A DNA stretch of 64,000 nt from assembly GCA_030390025.1 (NCBI GenBank), contig CM059438.1, positions 60,824,001-60,888,000 of the forward strand, written 5' to 3'. The position numbers and the translations under genes are program-made. Shown here in pieces: positions 24,528 to 36,951 of the stretch (positions are counted from its first letter, which is position 1; the number at the start of each line of letters is the position of its first letter). Origin of the DNA: Squalus acanthias. Lineage: Eukaryota. The notes below the pieces were generated by a model. The model did no database searches. It saw only the letters and a list, made by a program, of their open reading frames with translations, and was not told the origin of the DNA.

Positions 24528-25118
24528 GTTACAGGGGCGATCCACTTGGAGCTGAGCCGTTGAGACCAGAGTCATCTCGGCACAGACTAGGGATTGAAGT
24601 GAACTTGGCTCATCTCAACTAGGATGACAATTGGGAATGCTACAATTGGTCTCTGGGCTGTGAAAGGGAAAGCTAGCGTTCCCATTCCTGATGGCTATCT
24701 TGCTAGCAGTGTGCATGTATAGACATACTCCTGTAGTTGATGGCCCCTGTGTCAGTAGCAAGTATCAGTGGCCTATTTGACCGTGGATGGTCAAATTTAC
24801 TTGGCATGGCCAATAAATGTTGGTCTTACTTGCCAAACCCATAACTCAAGAATTAATAAATTAAAAAAAAACATGGGTGAAGACAGAATCAGGCTTGGAT
24901 ATATCTTCCACAGTCAAATAGGCTGCTGATACAGGGCTATCAACGATGGGTGTGGGGACTCGGGTGCAGGGTCAGGGATACAAGTGCAATGTATTGCGAC
25001 GTGATGCACGAGTGTGAGGGCGCGGGTAAAAGAAAGGGATGTATCGGATTAAAAAGCGTGTTGCCGCATCTTGTTGGGAGAATGCGGTGAAGCTGACATC
25101 TGTCCTTCCATGTCGCAG

Positions 25119-25226
25119 ATGGAAGACTTGCAGAAACACATGAGCGGCCCCTCGTTGTTCCCCGGCATTTCATCGGTAACCATGGAAACCAGCATGATCA
25201 TGCATAACATCCAGAGGATTATCCAG
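25119..25226 (+). CDS. FKBP15: FKBP15 coding exon (MEDLQKH...VTMETSMIMHNIQRIIQ)
   Basis: cgcag| and |gtaagt; conserved VTMETSMIM.NIQRIIQ. Confidence 0.96.
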
Positions 25227-25846
25227 GTAAGTGCAGTCGCTATGTGTCAAGTTGATCGGCTTGTGGCGAAGACTCGAGTTACTTTTTTGAAGCTCCAAGC
25301 TTACGGCATCCTGTGCCCTGGTCAGCCGTGTATATCTGACTGCTTTCCTCTTTCTACATAATGGTGGGATGGGCATGGAGTCCTCAAATGATCAGGCAAT
25401 TCCCTAGAATGGAAGCCCAAACTGTGAGAATTTGGCACTTCTTGATACTGGAAAGTTGCTGATGTTTGGATTGATTGTCTTCATTCCTTTGTGACATGGT
25501 CTTGACATCTTAATCTTCAAGTCGTCTCCGCCATCTCTTGGGGCGTGTGTACAATCTCCTTTCTGCAGACTTTTCTTAGTTAATTTGTCTATTGATCCCA
25601 CGGTCTCACTTCCGTATGGTATTCTACCAGGAAGCAGTGGTATTTGTGATGGTCCATTTGTTCCCCATTACCCGTACTCTGCAAATGATTTGCTGCTCCC
25701 TGTGTATCTGTATCCCCTCCCATATAGCCCACCCCCAACCAGCTCAAGTGGAGCTGGGATTTATGTAAGAGAGAGACCTAAGATTGTAGCCCACAGTTAG
25801 TTAGTAAGAGGTTGGGCTGAGAACTCTGCAATGTGGACTTTGTGCA

Positions 25847-26157
25847 TGTTTAATGGCCGATGGCAATGTCCTGGTGTGTATTTTAACAGTCACTGGTGCT
25901 GTTCTGGGTGTGTTAATGACCAATAGCACTGCATCCTGGTGTATATGTTAATGGACATTAACACTGGCGCTATGCCCCCTGTATGTGTTACGAGGCACTG
26001 ATACTGGCGCTGCGCTCTAACACTTATCGGCTGTCATTGTGTTACTGGTCACTGGCACTGTGTCCAGAAGTGTTAATAGCGCCTGGCACTTTTTCCTGGT
26101 GTGTGTTACTGATATTGGTGCTCTGCTCTGGCACGTATGTTAATGGTCACTAGCATC
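25847..26157. repeat. Degenerate ~35-bp minisatellite
   Basis: Recurring GTGTTAATGGTCACTGGCACTGTGTCCTGG-like units. Confidence 0.6.
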
Positions 26158-26235
26158 CTCTGAGTGGAAAGTACAGCTTTGTACTCGGTAGTTTATGTTT
26201 TGTTTTCCTTTTCCATCCACTCTGATCCTTTGCAG

Positions 26236-26330
26236 GAAAATGAGAGGCTGAAGCAGGAAGTGTTTGACAAAAGTAGTCGGATTGAAGAACAGAATGGGAA
26301 GATCAGTGACCTGATCCAGAGAAACCAAAG
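26236..26330 (+). CDS. FKBP15: FKBP15 coding exon (ENERLKQEVFDKSSRIEEQNGKISDLIQRNQR)
   Basis: tgcag| and |gtactg; coiled coil. Confidence 0.96.
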
Positions 26331-26689
26331 GTACTGGGGAAGAAATCAAACCGCCTTGACCCCGAGCAGTGTGAGGAAAGATGAAGGAATGGATCGGAAC
26401 AGAAATCAGTCTTTGGTTTCAGATGAGCAGGTTTATTTGAAATCATGTTATTTTGTTGATGCTTGTAGGTACTGGGAGAGTACTGCTGTTTCACCACTTG
26501 GGGCAAGCTTCCATCCACTGTACAATCATGCAGAGGTTTGGGTGGCTTGAACCCAAGTGGACAGCTCAAATCCTCAGCTCATTTGGCAGAATTTTAATTG
26601 GCAGCAAAGGCGAACTGTTTGGAACATGAGGGGTTACTCTTGGGTTAAGGCCTGTTGGGTTGGGTTTGCATCTGGTCATATTGTGTCTG

Positions 26690-26895
26690 GCGTAGGAATT
26701 TGAGTAGACCGTTTGGCTCATTGAGCCCATTTCATTTTTGTTGGCCATAACTATTCTATTTATTTTAATCCCAATTGTTTGCCCTTTCTCCATATTCTTT
26801 AATATCTAAGTAATTATCCTTCTCCCTTTCAAGTGCCTCAACTCTCCATCTGACGTTGTGGGACAGTGCATTCCACAATCCTTTGTGTGAAGAGA
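26690..26895 (-). mobile_element. CR1 LINE 3' tail, decayed
   Basis: Minus strand CTTCACACAAAGGATTGTGGAATGCACTG...GGATAATTACTT matches other CR1 tails in the window. Confidence 0.65.
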
Positions 26896-26903
26896 GCGTT
26901 GAA

Positions 26904-26974
26904 TTCCCTGACTGGGAACCGAAGCTGTGCGGCACTGGTGAACGCCGAATCCTAACCACGAGACCAGCAGGGGA
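26904..26974 (-). pseudogene. tRNA-Glu-derived pseudogene or SINE head
   Basis: Minus strand TCCCCTGCTGGTCTCGTGGTTAGGATTCGGCGTTCACCAGTGCCGCACAGCTTCGGTTCCCAGTCAGGGAA aligns to vertebrate tRNA-Glu (TCCCTGGTGGTCTAGTGGTTAGGATTCGGCG...GGTTCGATTCCCGGTCAGGGAA). The anticodon arm and T arm are damaged. Confidence 0.8.
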
Positions 26975-27104
26975 GGCTAGCAGTGATTGATACTGTCACT
27001 GGGAGCAAAGGTGCACCCTTCAAATCCTATCCGAATTCAGCAGATGAGGAGTTTGAGCCTACGTCCACTGCTCTGTGATGCACTGCCACCCGCTGAAAGC
27101 CATT

Positions 27105-27662
27105 TTAGGAACAGGAGTAGCCCATTCAGCCCCTCGAGCCTGTGCTGCCATTCTGTTAGATCCTGCCTGATCTGTACCTCAACTCCATTTACCCGCCTTT
27201 GCTCCATATCCCTTGCTACCCTTATCTAACAAAAGTCTATTGATCTCGGTCTTAAACATTTCAATTGACCTAGACTCAACAGCCTTTTGGGAAAAAGAGT
27301 TCCAGATTTCCACTACCCTTTGTGTGGAAAAAGTGCTTCCTGATTTCACTCCTAAATGGCCTTGCTCTAATTTAAAGGTAATGCCCCCTTGTGGATTCTT
27401 CCACCAGAATAAATAGTTTCTATGTATCTAACCTTTTGAATCCCTTCGTCATGTTTTAAAGACTCAATTAGATCTCCCCTCTAAATTTAAGGGAATACAA
27501 GCCAAGTTTATGCAAACTGTCCTCATAACTTAACACTTTAAGCTCCAGTATCATTCTAGCGAATCTGCACTGTACCCCCTCCGAGGCCAGTATCGCCCTC
27601 CTGAGGGTTGGTGCCCAAAATTAAACCTCCTATTCCAAATGGGCCTGACCAAGGCTCTACAA
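27105..27662 (-). mobile_element. CR1 LINE 3' fragment
   Basis: AGGAACAGGAGTAG.CCATTCAGCCCCTCGAGCCTG tail reverse complement followed by ORF2 C-terminal remnants. Confidence 0.8.
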
Positions 27663-28002
27663 CCAAAAAAAAGGGCGGCGGGGGGGGGGGGGTACAAGTT
27701 GTTGAATTTTTGTATATTGATGGACCTTTTCAGTATTACTGTCCATTTGCTGTGACGTGCTTATTTACTGCTAATTTCCATATGATTAGAATCACTGGAC
27801 AGTCCAGCAAGTCCAGTCTGATGAGCTGATGCTTGAAACCCATTGAGACATTGAAACCACTTGACCAAGAATGGGGTCTGACTGATCCAGATCTTCTCAA
27901 GCATAATAATTCAAATGTGTTTTTGTCCTACCTTCATTCTCATTTCCTGTTCTCCCCCACTTATCTGTGTTCCCTTTTCCTGTTTGTGTGACTCTCTTGC
28001 AG

Positions 28003-28105
28003 ATATGTGGAACAGAGTAATTTGCTGATGGAACAGAGGAACGACTCTCTGATGTCCTCAACGGAGAATAACCAGGCTCGCATCCTGCTTGCGGAGCAGG
28101 AGAAG
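28003..28105 (+). CDS. FKBP15: FKBP15 coding exon (YVEQSNLLMEQRNDSLMSSTENNQARILLAEQEK)
   Basis: ttgcag| and |gtgaga; conserved. Confidence 0.96.
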
Positions 28106-29014
28106 GTGAGATTGTGTTTCCTATAACCCATGTAAGTGGGTTAAGATTATAGTGAAGCTAGGGTGGATTCTTAGGGGTGGGGTGGGGGGCATGGTTGGGT
28201 GTGAGTAGTTTATACCCCAATGTGGAATAATCAATGCAATAACCTCAGCAAAGTGTAAGCCTCATTAATAATCAGATTGTGACACAGTATGAACCCTCAA
28301 ATTTAATGTTGATGTAGAACACACAATGTAAAAATACTAAGGTGGAGTCCACTGTGAATGAAGGTGCGCAATATTAGTGGCCGTGTGCAGAATCACTGAA
28401 ATTAGCCCGGCATATGTCCTGGTCTTGCTGACAACATCCTGGAAAAACCAGTCCAGCCTGGGTTAGAAAGGCTTCTGCTTTGCCTCACACAAAGCATCTC
28501 TGCCACACAATGTAGGGGAAGCCTTGCACTGTATCTGACCTGTGCCTTTCCGAGTCTGGAAGCAGTTCACGAAATTCTGGGCTTTCCTAGTACTGTTTTC
28601 CCTCGTTGCACCTGTCGATGAACCCTTCAAAGAGTGTAGGTGTATTTCTGTCCCAGAATGTAAAATTGACCCTTTTTTTAGAAAATGTTGCAAGTGCGCT
28701 AATCATTCTCTCAGATCCAAAATTTGTGACTCCATGTTCTAAAAGATATTGCAGACCACACCAGGTAAAAACTCAAGCGAGTAGGGTCCCATCCGAATGT
28801 GGGAGACACTGGGATACTGTAAGCACGTAGGGGGAGTGCTGTTCCTCAAGTAGCTGTGTAAGGTCTTTTTCTTATCACAACACAGTTCTTCCTCTATCAT
28901 TGGTTCTGTTGCTGAACACCAAAGCAAGTTCTTTACTATTTAATTTGTGTTCACTGTGTGCTTTTGCAAATGTTCTCATTTTTGCAGTAAATTGTTTTGA
29001 AGTTTGATTTGAGT

Positions 29015-29345
29015 GGGATGGTGGAGTAGCTTGGCGCCTGGTCTCAAATGCAGGTCTAACGAAAGTTCCTCTATCTGCTGGCTGTAGGATTCCTACATGA
29101 AATGAGTTGAGGCAGGTTCATTCTTGTGGGCATGGGCCCACAGCACAAAACCAACCTTAATTTGGCACTAAATAGTGATCTCTGTCGGAGACAGCACAGG
29201 ATGGTGGGTGTGATGAATGAAAACCTGTCAGTGTTGCTGTTTTAAGAATAGGGCTGGGGTACAATGTTGTGGTGGAGCGGAGGGAGCTTAACTCAGCATT
29301 TAACTTAATGTGACCTGGAAGTGCTTGATGCTGAAACAGGGTGTC
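29015..29345 (+). mobile_element. Ancient LF-SINE-like element
   Basis: CCTACATGAAATGAGTTG, CACAAAACC and TTTGGCACTAA motifs recalled from the LF-SINE consensus. Confidence 0.45.
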
Positions 29346-30795
29346 TGAAATGGAAAGTGTGACATCCTCTGCCTGAGCACAGAATTCACAAAAAAAACAC
29401 CATTTTTCTCAGGAAATTGGCAATATTTTCCCACTGCTGCATACTGCTATTGGAAAAAATGACTCTGGGTAGAACCTGCCAGTGTGACCTGTTTTTGTGA
29501 TAGGTTGGTAAACTATGTCCCAGTGGGTTCTGGAAGAGATCGTGGCCTCTCCGCCACTGGTTGAGAAACACCAAAGTCAAAGCTCGCTCTACTTGTGCTG
29601 TGGTCTCTTAGGCTATTGTGCTAAGGGTTTCTCTCAACTCTATTCCATGTAGTTGCCATGCAGATAATGGCTTGTGAATGCTCATGGGTTATTGCCTTGA
29701 TCTGACTGCTGAAGCTAATCTCCAACTACTGTTGTGATCTGTATGATGGTTGAGTGATTCAGGTATAATTAAATTACTTGCAATAGACACGGTCGTCCTG
29801 CTTTTGAATGTAGTTTCATCCCCACGTATAAATCTCTGACCCTCGGTCTGGAAAGCTTGGAATATATTTTTTGTTTCCTGCCTCGTTGCATTGTTAAGCT
29901 TGCTGCTGCCACCACCTCCAAAAGGTGGGTGGTGTTCAAACTACAAAGCCTTGTGTCCAGTGGAGCCTGAGGGCAGAACACATGTCTATTGTAGAATGTC
30001 AAACTTTTATATTTAAAAAAAAAACATTCTGTGCGTTTCCTCCCCTCCTAAGATGCTGGGGTGTAGTCGTGCAGGTGTCGGCAACCCTCTATCTCACCCA
30101 AGGGGGAGTGATGGACAGCGAGTGTTTAATGGGGGGCAGCCATCACAGCTGAATTCAATCCTATCCTCATTCGGCAACACACATGCAAGGTTCTCTGGAT
30201 AGCAATCACGAGTGAGTGGCTTCTTTCCCTTCTGTTGTAGCCTGGGGTGCTGAGGCTAGTTGCAGTGCCCCTCCGCTTTAGCTGAGATCAGGGTATCCAA
30301 TTCTTAGTAACTAAGTCCCAGTGGTTTTCTTGTATTTGATTGCTTATTCAATGAGACTGAATTAACAAAGAATGACAGTTATACCAAAGATGTAATCTGA
30401 GGCTCGCTGGGTGCACTGTGCTCAATACCAACTGATGCTTATGTACCGTAGGCAGTAGATGAAGGGTATACGCAGTGCTGACGAGCCTAAAATTTGATAC
30501 CAGGCCAAGCTGTCTTGGGGCTCCAGGAACCCAGTGTTTGTCTCTGTACAGCAGCTCCATAAATGGTGTGGGTATGGAGTCCTGCGCTGTGTGGTGTGCT
30601 GAATACCAAGGTCTGCTGTGTATTATGTTTGGTATTTGAAAGCTGCCAATGACGTTTGGTGGTGAGCAGGCATGAAGATGGAAACGTTGTGGTGACCGTT
30701 GCCTTCATACAAGCGTTTGGGCTCACAGCTGTTCTCTGCGTGTGCTTCACTTACTGTGTGCTGCACTTTACTGTCAGTCTACTTTCTCTTCCCAG

Positions 30796-30828
30796 CTTGC
30801 ACTGCCAGTGGAGTTGGCAAGAGCCCAG
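30796..30828 (+). CDS. FKBP15: Candidate alternative 33-nt cassette micro-exon of FKBP15 (LALPVELARAQ)
   Basis: Strong acceptor (ctactttctcttcccag|) and strong donor (CAG|gtgagg); phase 0-0, no stop, between two phase-0 junctions. Not required for the reading frame. Confidence 0.55.
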
Positions 30829-33800
30829 GTGAGGGAGCCCATCTTGTGCTTTTTGTGTGTGCTTAGCGTAATTTTCCACCCTTTCTGGGTTAGGTTGGCC
30901 TTTGGGTAAAGCACTGCTTGGCTGGAATGATAAGTAACCTTCCTTGCTAACGCAGCTTGTGCCTAATAACAGCAGCAAATTCCATCAGCTGCTTAGTTTG
31001 CCATTTTCAAATTATTGTCTCACTGAAACTTGCTTACATGCTACCTTTCCCCTGGCCCTCTGCCCAGATCTTGCACCTTCTCAAACCAAGAGGATAAGCA
31101 GAACTGCTCCCAAGCTGCAGCTGGTGCCACTTTGATTCCTTTTTCACCACCCTCCACTCACCAATGCTTTTCTACTACTTCTGAAGAAAGTGGCTCATGC
31201 TGGCTTCGCAGGCACTGTTGGTCTCAACCGTGAGCGTCACGGGTTATATTGCAACCACGTGGGCATGGGGGAGAGGAGAGAAGGAGAGGCCCCAACCTAG
31301 TCCTCACCCAACGTCCTAGTCTGTGTGGCTCAGTACGCACATTGTGGTCATTAAAGTTTATGGGGCTCTCTGATACTCTAATCAGTTAGTAGGAGGTGCA
31401 CATGAGCGACTGTGGGGTGCCTGACTTTCTGACACTCCTTCTGATGAAGAACTTTGCCTTCACTCACTGTCTGAGATTTGAAACGTGTGTGAGTATGTGT
31501 CAATTGTGGACCAGTGTCCTGCCTCACCAGGTTATCTGTCTCTGTGGTCACTGCAGCATTCTGTGGCTGAGGAGATGGACTGATTATTCGATCCTGGCTC
31601 TCTCTCATTGGTGCTCTGTATACAGGCACTGTGCAAGGGCACCCTTGAGTTGTCATGTTTTTGGCTTGTGACCTGTTATCTTATTGAGGTCAGTTTGTTT
31701 GTGTGTGTGTGTGCCCCATCCCATATACACCCACCACAGGGCATGTCTCTACTCTGTTGATTTAAAACCAATCTTGATATTTGGAAGTGCTTGGAATAGC
31801 AAGAGTGTGCTTCCATTCAGAATCCATGGAGTAGCCCAGTGCAAATCCCACCACACCTGATTGCTGGTTATCTCAGCCAGCAGCAATACACAGCATCTAA
31901 GGCAGCTTTGAAACCACACTCCTGTTCTGCCCAATAACCAGGAGGGAGGAGGGGGAATCATGCCCAGAAACCTAGCTGAAGGGGGGGGTTACACTCTCAC
32001 TGTCTCTCCTTTCTCCCACCCCACTACTTCCTGAGTGTGTTGAATTATGTGCACTGCAAGGATTATTGATTTCAGGAGGTTTAAAATGTAGCACGCTTAA
32101 CCTGAATGAAAGTGATTGCTAATGCTGTATTGAGGGTATGTGACGTGCTTTAACCTAAGTAAGTGCAAACTAATTACAAGTGTCTGCTTTGATATTACAG
32201 CTGGGTCAGATGTGGGGTTCACTGCTCTGTGTAGTACAAGGGTCGGGTACACAGTGGATACGAGACTGGCCTGGGTTATACCACATCTAAAACAACAAGC
32301 GGGTCCAACCGCATAAGATGTGAGCTACAACTCGTGCAGTCGGGTCCATTTGTTGAAACATGGTATGGCGGCTGGGACCAATGGTATCCCACATATATAA
32401 TTGCCAACAGTCGTTCGAATAATCTTGTTGCAAAGAAAGAAAAGAATGCCGAGGCCCACCTTCTCTGAATAGGAGTGCCATATTTGCATATGGTTGTTTT
32501 GTTGATGGAATAGCGCCTGTGATCAGGCCCTTGTCGCCATCTTGGTGGCTGCAGTGGTGTTAGAGGTATTTTTTATGCAATGTTTTCACAGGTTTAACTT
32601 GTGATTCTGTTGTAATGTCATTCTTCGCTTACGTGAAACATTGGTTCTATTCACTGTCCGTTCCTTACCTCTAATTCCTTCCTTCGTCCTCTTCGGGCTC
32701 TCTCTCCCAATAAAGTGACTTGGAATGTTTAATTATGTGAAAGGGACATTGCCAGTGTTAGTTGGTGGCAGTTGTGTGGAAACGGTCACATCATGCATTT
32801 TGTGACAATTAGATGTAGTTCTGTGAGTAAATGAAAGCATCCCAAGTTAATAACACTGCTTTAGACTACGTCAGACACTGAATGCGTGCAGGGTACTACC
32901 TGTATCCTTGCTGTGGGACTACATTTAGACAAAGGTACGACCAGTTAATGAGCAAGTGAACTTGGTGTTGTATCCAGTTGGGTCTGGTCTGCTGTGTTGT
33001 AGAGAGCTGTGTGTGGGTTGGTGCTGCATTATTCACTCTGCTGTGCTGTGTTATTCATGGGGCTGTGTGCAGGTGGGTTGGTTCAGGGCTTTAATGGTCT
33101 GTTGTGCAGGGTTGGTTCAAGGTTTAATTCATGTGTAGTGCAGGACTGTGTGTTTGGGCCACTGCTCGGTTATTTCCTGTGCTGTGTGCAGTGCTGGGCT
33201 GTTTGTGAGTTGGTGCAGGGTTATTCACTGTGCTGTGCGGGAGGTTGTGCAGACTCTGGTCCTATCCATGAGGTACCTGCTTCCTGTGAGGATAAGGAGA
33301 AAGGCTGTGGGAAAGACAGCCACAATGCTGACGTAAGAACATAAGAAATAGGAGCAGGCCATACAGCCCCTCAAGCCTGCTCTGCCATTCAATAAGATCA
33401 TGGCTGAACTCCTACATCAACTCCACTTTCCCGCCCGATCTCCATATCCCTTGATTCCCTTAGTTCCCAAAAATCTCTCGATCTCAATCTTGAATATACT
33501 CAATGACTGAGCATCCACAGCCCTCTGGGGTAGAGAATTCCAAAGATTCGCAACTCTGAGTGAGGAAATTTCTCCTCGTCTCAGGATAAGGGGTCGGCCA
33601 TTTAAGACTATGACCCCCTAGTTCTAGACTCTCCAGCCAAGGGAAACAGCCTCTCAGCATCTACCCTGTCAAGCCCCCTAATAATTTTATACATTTCAAT
33701 GAAATCACCTCTTATTCCTCTAAACTCTAGAGAATATAGGCCCATTCTACTCAATCTCTCCTCATAGGACAGCCTTCTCTTCCCAGGAATCAATCTAGTA

Positions 33801-34496
33801 AACTTTTGTTGCATCTCCTAAGGCAAGTATATCCTTCCTCGGGTAAGGAGACCAAAACTGTACACAGTACCCCAAGTGTGGTCTCGCCAAAGCCCTATAT
33901 ATTTGCAGCAAGACTTCCTTACTCTTGTACTCCAAGCCCCTTGTAATGAAGGCTAACATACAATTTGCCTTCCTATATGCTTGCTATCTCTGCATGTTAA
34001 CTTTCAGTGATTCGTGTACAAGGATACCCAGGTCCCTCTGAATCCCGACATTTACTATTCTCACCTTTTTAAAAAAAAAAAAAAAATTCTGCTTTTCTAT
34101 TCTTCCTACCAAAGTGAATAATTTCACCCTTCCTCCCCAATCACTTAACCGATCTGAATCCCTTTGCAGCCCCTTTACGTCCTCCTCGAGGCTTACTTTT
34201 CACCCCCTTAGCTTTGTATATTACACTCGGTCCCCTCATCCAAGTCATTGCTATAGATTGTGAATAGTTGAGGCCCAAGCACTGATCCTTGCGGTACCCC
34301 ACTAGTTACACCCTGCCATCTTGAAAATGACCCGTTTATTCCTACTGTTTTCTGTCCGTTAACCAATCCTCAATCCATGCTAATATATTACCCCCAATCC
34401 CATGAGCCCTAATCTTGTGAAGCACTTTGTCGAATGCCTTCTGAAAATCCAAATATACTACAACTACTGGTTTTCCCCCTTATCTATCCTGCTAGT

Positions 34497-34903
34497 TTTT
34501 TTAATTATTTGTTTATGGGATGTGGGCATCGCTGGCAAGGCCAGCATTTATTGCCCATCCCTAAATGCCCTTGAGAAGGTGGTGGTGAGCCGCCGCCTTG
34601 GACCGCTGCAGTCTGTGTGGTGAAGGTACTCCCACAGTGCTGTTAGGGAGGGAGTTCCAGGATTTTGACCCAGAGACGATGAAGGATCGGCGATATACTT
34701 CCAAGTCAGGATGGTGTGTGACTTGGAGGGGAACTTGGAGGTGGTGGTGTTCCCATGCGCCTGCTGCCCTTGTCCTTCTAGGTGGAAGAGGTCGTGGGTT
34801 TGGGAGGTGCTGCCGAAGAAGCCTTGGCGAGTTGCTGCAGTGCATCTTGTAGATGGTACACACTGCAGTCACGGTACGCTGGTGGTGGATGGGGTGCCAA
34901 TCC
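34497..34903 (-). mobile_element. L2/CR1-group LINE 3' end nested in CR1; shares its tail with the Meta-domain-like SINE
   Basis: YKMHCSNSPRLLRQHLPNP...SKSWNSLP; tail GGGCAATAAATGCTGGCCTTGCCAGCGATGCCCACATCCC. Confidence 0.8.
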
Positions 34904-35052
34904 AGTTGCACCTTCAAAAAACTCTAATAGATTTGTCAAACACAATTTCCCTTTCATAAAACCGTGTTGACTCTGCCTAATCATATTGTGATTTTCCAAG
35001 TGCCCGGTTACCAAGTTCTTAATAATAGAATCTAGCATTTTCCCTACTAACA

Positions 35053-35840
35053 AGTGGCAGTTGGAATTTAATAGAGAAGTGTGAAGTGATGCATTTTAGC
35101 AGAAGGAACAGGGAGAGGCAATATACAATTAATGGCACAGTTTTAAAGAGTGTGCAGGGGCAGAGTGACCTGGGAGTTAATGTGCATAGGTTCCTGAAGG
35201 TGGCAGGACATATTGAGTGGTTAGCAAAGCATATGCGATCTTCGGTTTCATAAATAGAGGTATTGAGTACAAAAGTGAGAAGTAATGCTGAACCTTTATA
35301 AAGCGCTGGTCAGGCCACAACTGGAGTATTGCGTCCAGTTCTGATCACTGCACTTTAGGAAGGATGTGAAGGCCCTTGAGAGGGTGCAGAGGAGATTTAT
35401 CAGAGTGGTTCTGGGGATGGGGGATCTTAGCTACAAGGACAAGTTGGAGAAGCTGGATTTGTTTTCATTAGAGCAAAGGAGGTTGAGGGGTGATTTGATA
35501 GAGGTGTACAAGATTATGACGGGTTTGGATAGGCTAGATGGGGAAAGGCTGTTCCCACTAGTTGGTACAAGGCCTAGGAGACACAGATTTAAGGTTTTGG
35601 GCAAGAGATCCAGGGGGGACGTGAGGGAAAAACTTTTTTACACCGTGAGTGGTGAGGACCTGGCACTTGCTGCCAATGGAAGTGGGAGAGCACAATGTTT
35701 TCAAGGGGAGACTGGATAGGCACTTGAGGGAAATAAACTTGCAGGGCTGTGGGGGAATGGGACTGACTGGATTGTTCTACAGAGAGCCGGCACGGACTCG
35801 ATGGGCCGAATGGCCTCCTCGTGCCATTATGACTCTGACT
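35053..35840 (+). mobile_element. CR1 LINE 3' fragment nested in the opposite-strand CR1
   Basis: ALERVQRRFIRVV...LFSLEQRRLRGDLIEVYKIM. Confidence 0.85.
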
Positions 35841-35984
35841 CTCTGACTGATGATTTCAGGCTCACTGGCCTAGAGTTCCCTGTTTTCTCTGCCCTCCCAT
35901 TTTTGAACAGTGGGGTTACATTTGCTACCTTCCGATCCACAGGGACCGTTCTAGAATCTAGGGAATTCTGGCAGATGACAAACA

Positions 35985-36465
35985 ATGCAGCGCAGACTCA
36001 CCGGAAAGATACCGGGACTAAACGAGTTAAATTATGAGGACAGGTTACATAGACTAGGCATGTATTCCCTTGAGAATAGAAAATTAAGGGGTGATCTAAT
36101 TGAGATGATTAAAGGAGTTGATGGGGTAGATAGAGAGAAACTATTTCCTCTGGTGGGGGAGTCCAGAACAAGGGGGATAACTTTAAAATGAGAGCTAGGC
36201 CATCTAGGAGTGATGACAGAAAGCACTTCATGCAAAAGATAGTGGAAATCTAGAACTCCACCCCCCGCCAAAAAAAAGCAGTTGAGGCTAGGTAAATTGA
36301 AAATTTCAAAACCTGAGATTAATCGATTTTTGTTAGGTAAGTAAGTGTATTAAGGGATATGGAACCATGGTGGGTAAATAGTTAAAATACAGATCTGCCA
36401 TGTTCTAGTTGAATGGTGAAACTGGCTCGAGGGATTGAATGGCTTACTCCTGTTCCTGTGTTCCA
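35985..36465 (+). mobile_element. CR1 LINE 3' fragment
   Basis: YEDRLHRLGMYSLENRKLRGDLIE plus 3'UTR. Confidence 0.8.
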
Positions 36466-36951
36466 ATGCTGGACTGCGTTTGTGCATTGGTGCAGGGTTA
36501 GTCACTGCTGTGTTCCAGTGCTTGGCTGCTTTTGGATTGGTTTTTCACTCCTGTTTGGCCCAAACCTTGTACTACACAAACGTATTGGATAAGCTAGATG
36601 AAGAACTGATTCTACAGAGGAGAGACGCATGATAATGCCAAGTGTAGAGAGAGAGAGTTTTATGTACAGATTTTAACACACAAATTTGATGAACACTTTT
36701 GACATTGGATTGTGCAGGCACGTGTGGAATTGGTGCCTGCTGTATTAAATCTCGAGTGTTTGAGTTAGTCACTGTATTGCAGCGTTCAGGTAACGTGGTG
36801 TCTGTTTCAGATGCTCTCCCTGTGATCAGCATTGTTTTCTGGTTTTTTTTCTGCATTTGCCAGGTTGCTCAGTCTGTTGCGTTGCTGGTGCTCGCTAGCC
36901 AAATGTCGAGACAGCTGAAGTAAAAGTTCCGTTTTTTCCATTGTGACACAG

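Larger units (their letters stand above)
33335..35980 (-). mobile_element. CR1 LINE ORF2 3' half, split by two nested insertions
   Basis: Tail at 33335 (AAGAACATAAGAAATAGGAGCAGG). RT motifs SQHGFMKGKLCLTNLLEFFE lie at 34904-35053 and the host continues at 35846-35980. Confidence 0.85.

Noticed and set aside
26904..26974. Functional tRNA-Glu gene
   Set aside because: The anticodon stem-loop has a deletion and mismatches and the T arm is disrupted; kept only as a pseudogene.
32201..32714. Alternative terminal exon (acceptor at 32200, in-frame stop after 29 codons, AATAAA near 32709) and nearby octamer/YY1-like motifs
   Set aside because: Weak pyrimidine tract, no recognisable homology, and the AATAAA region resembles a decayed LINE tail. 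The motifs are short enough to occur by chance.
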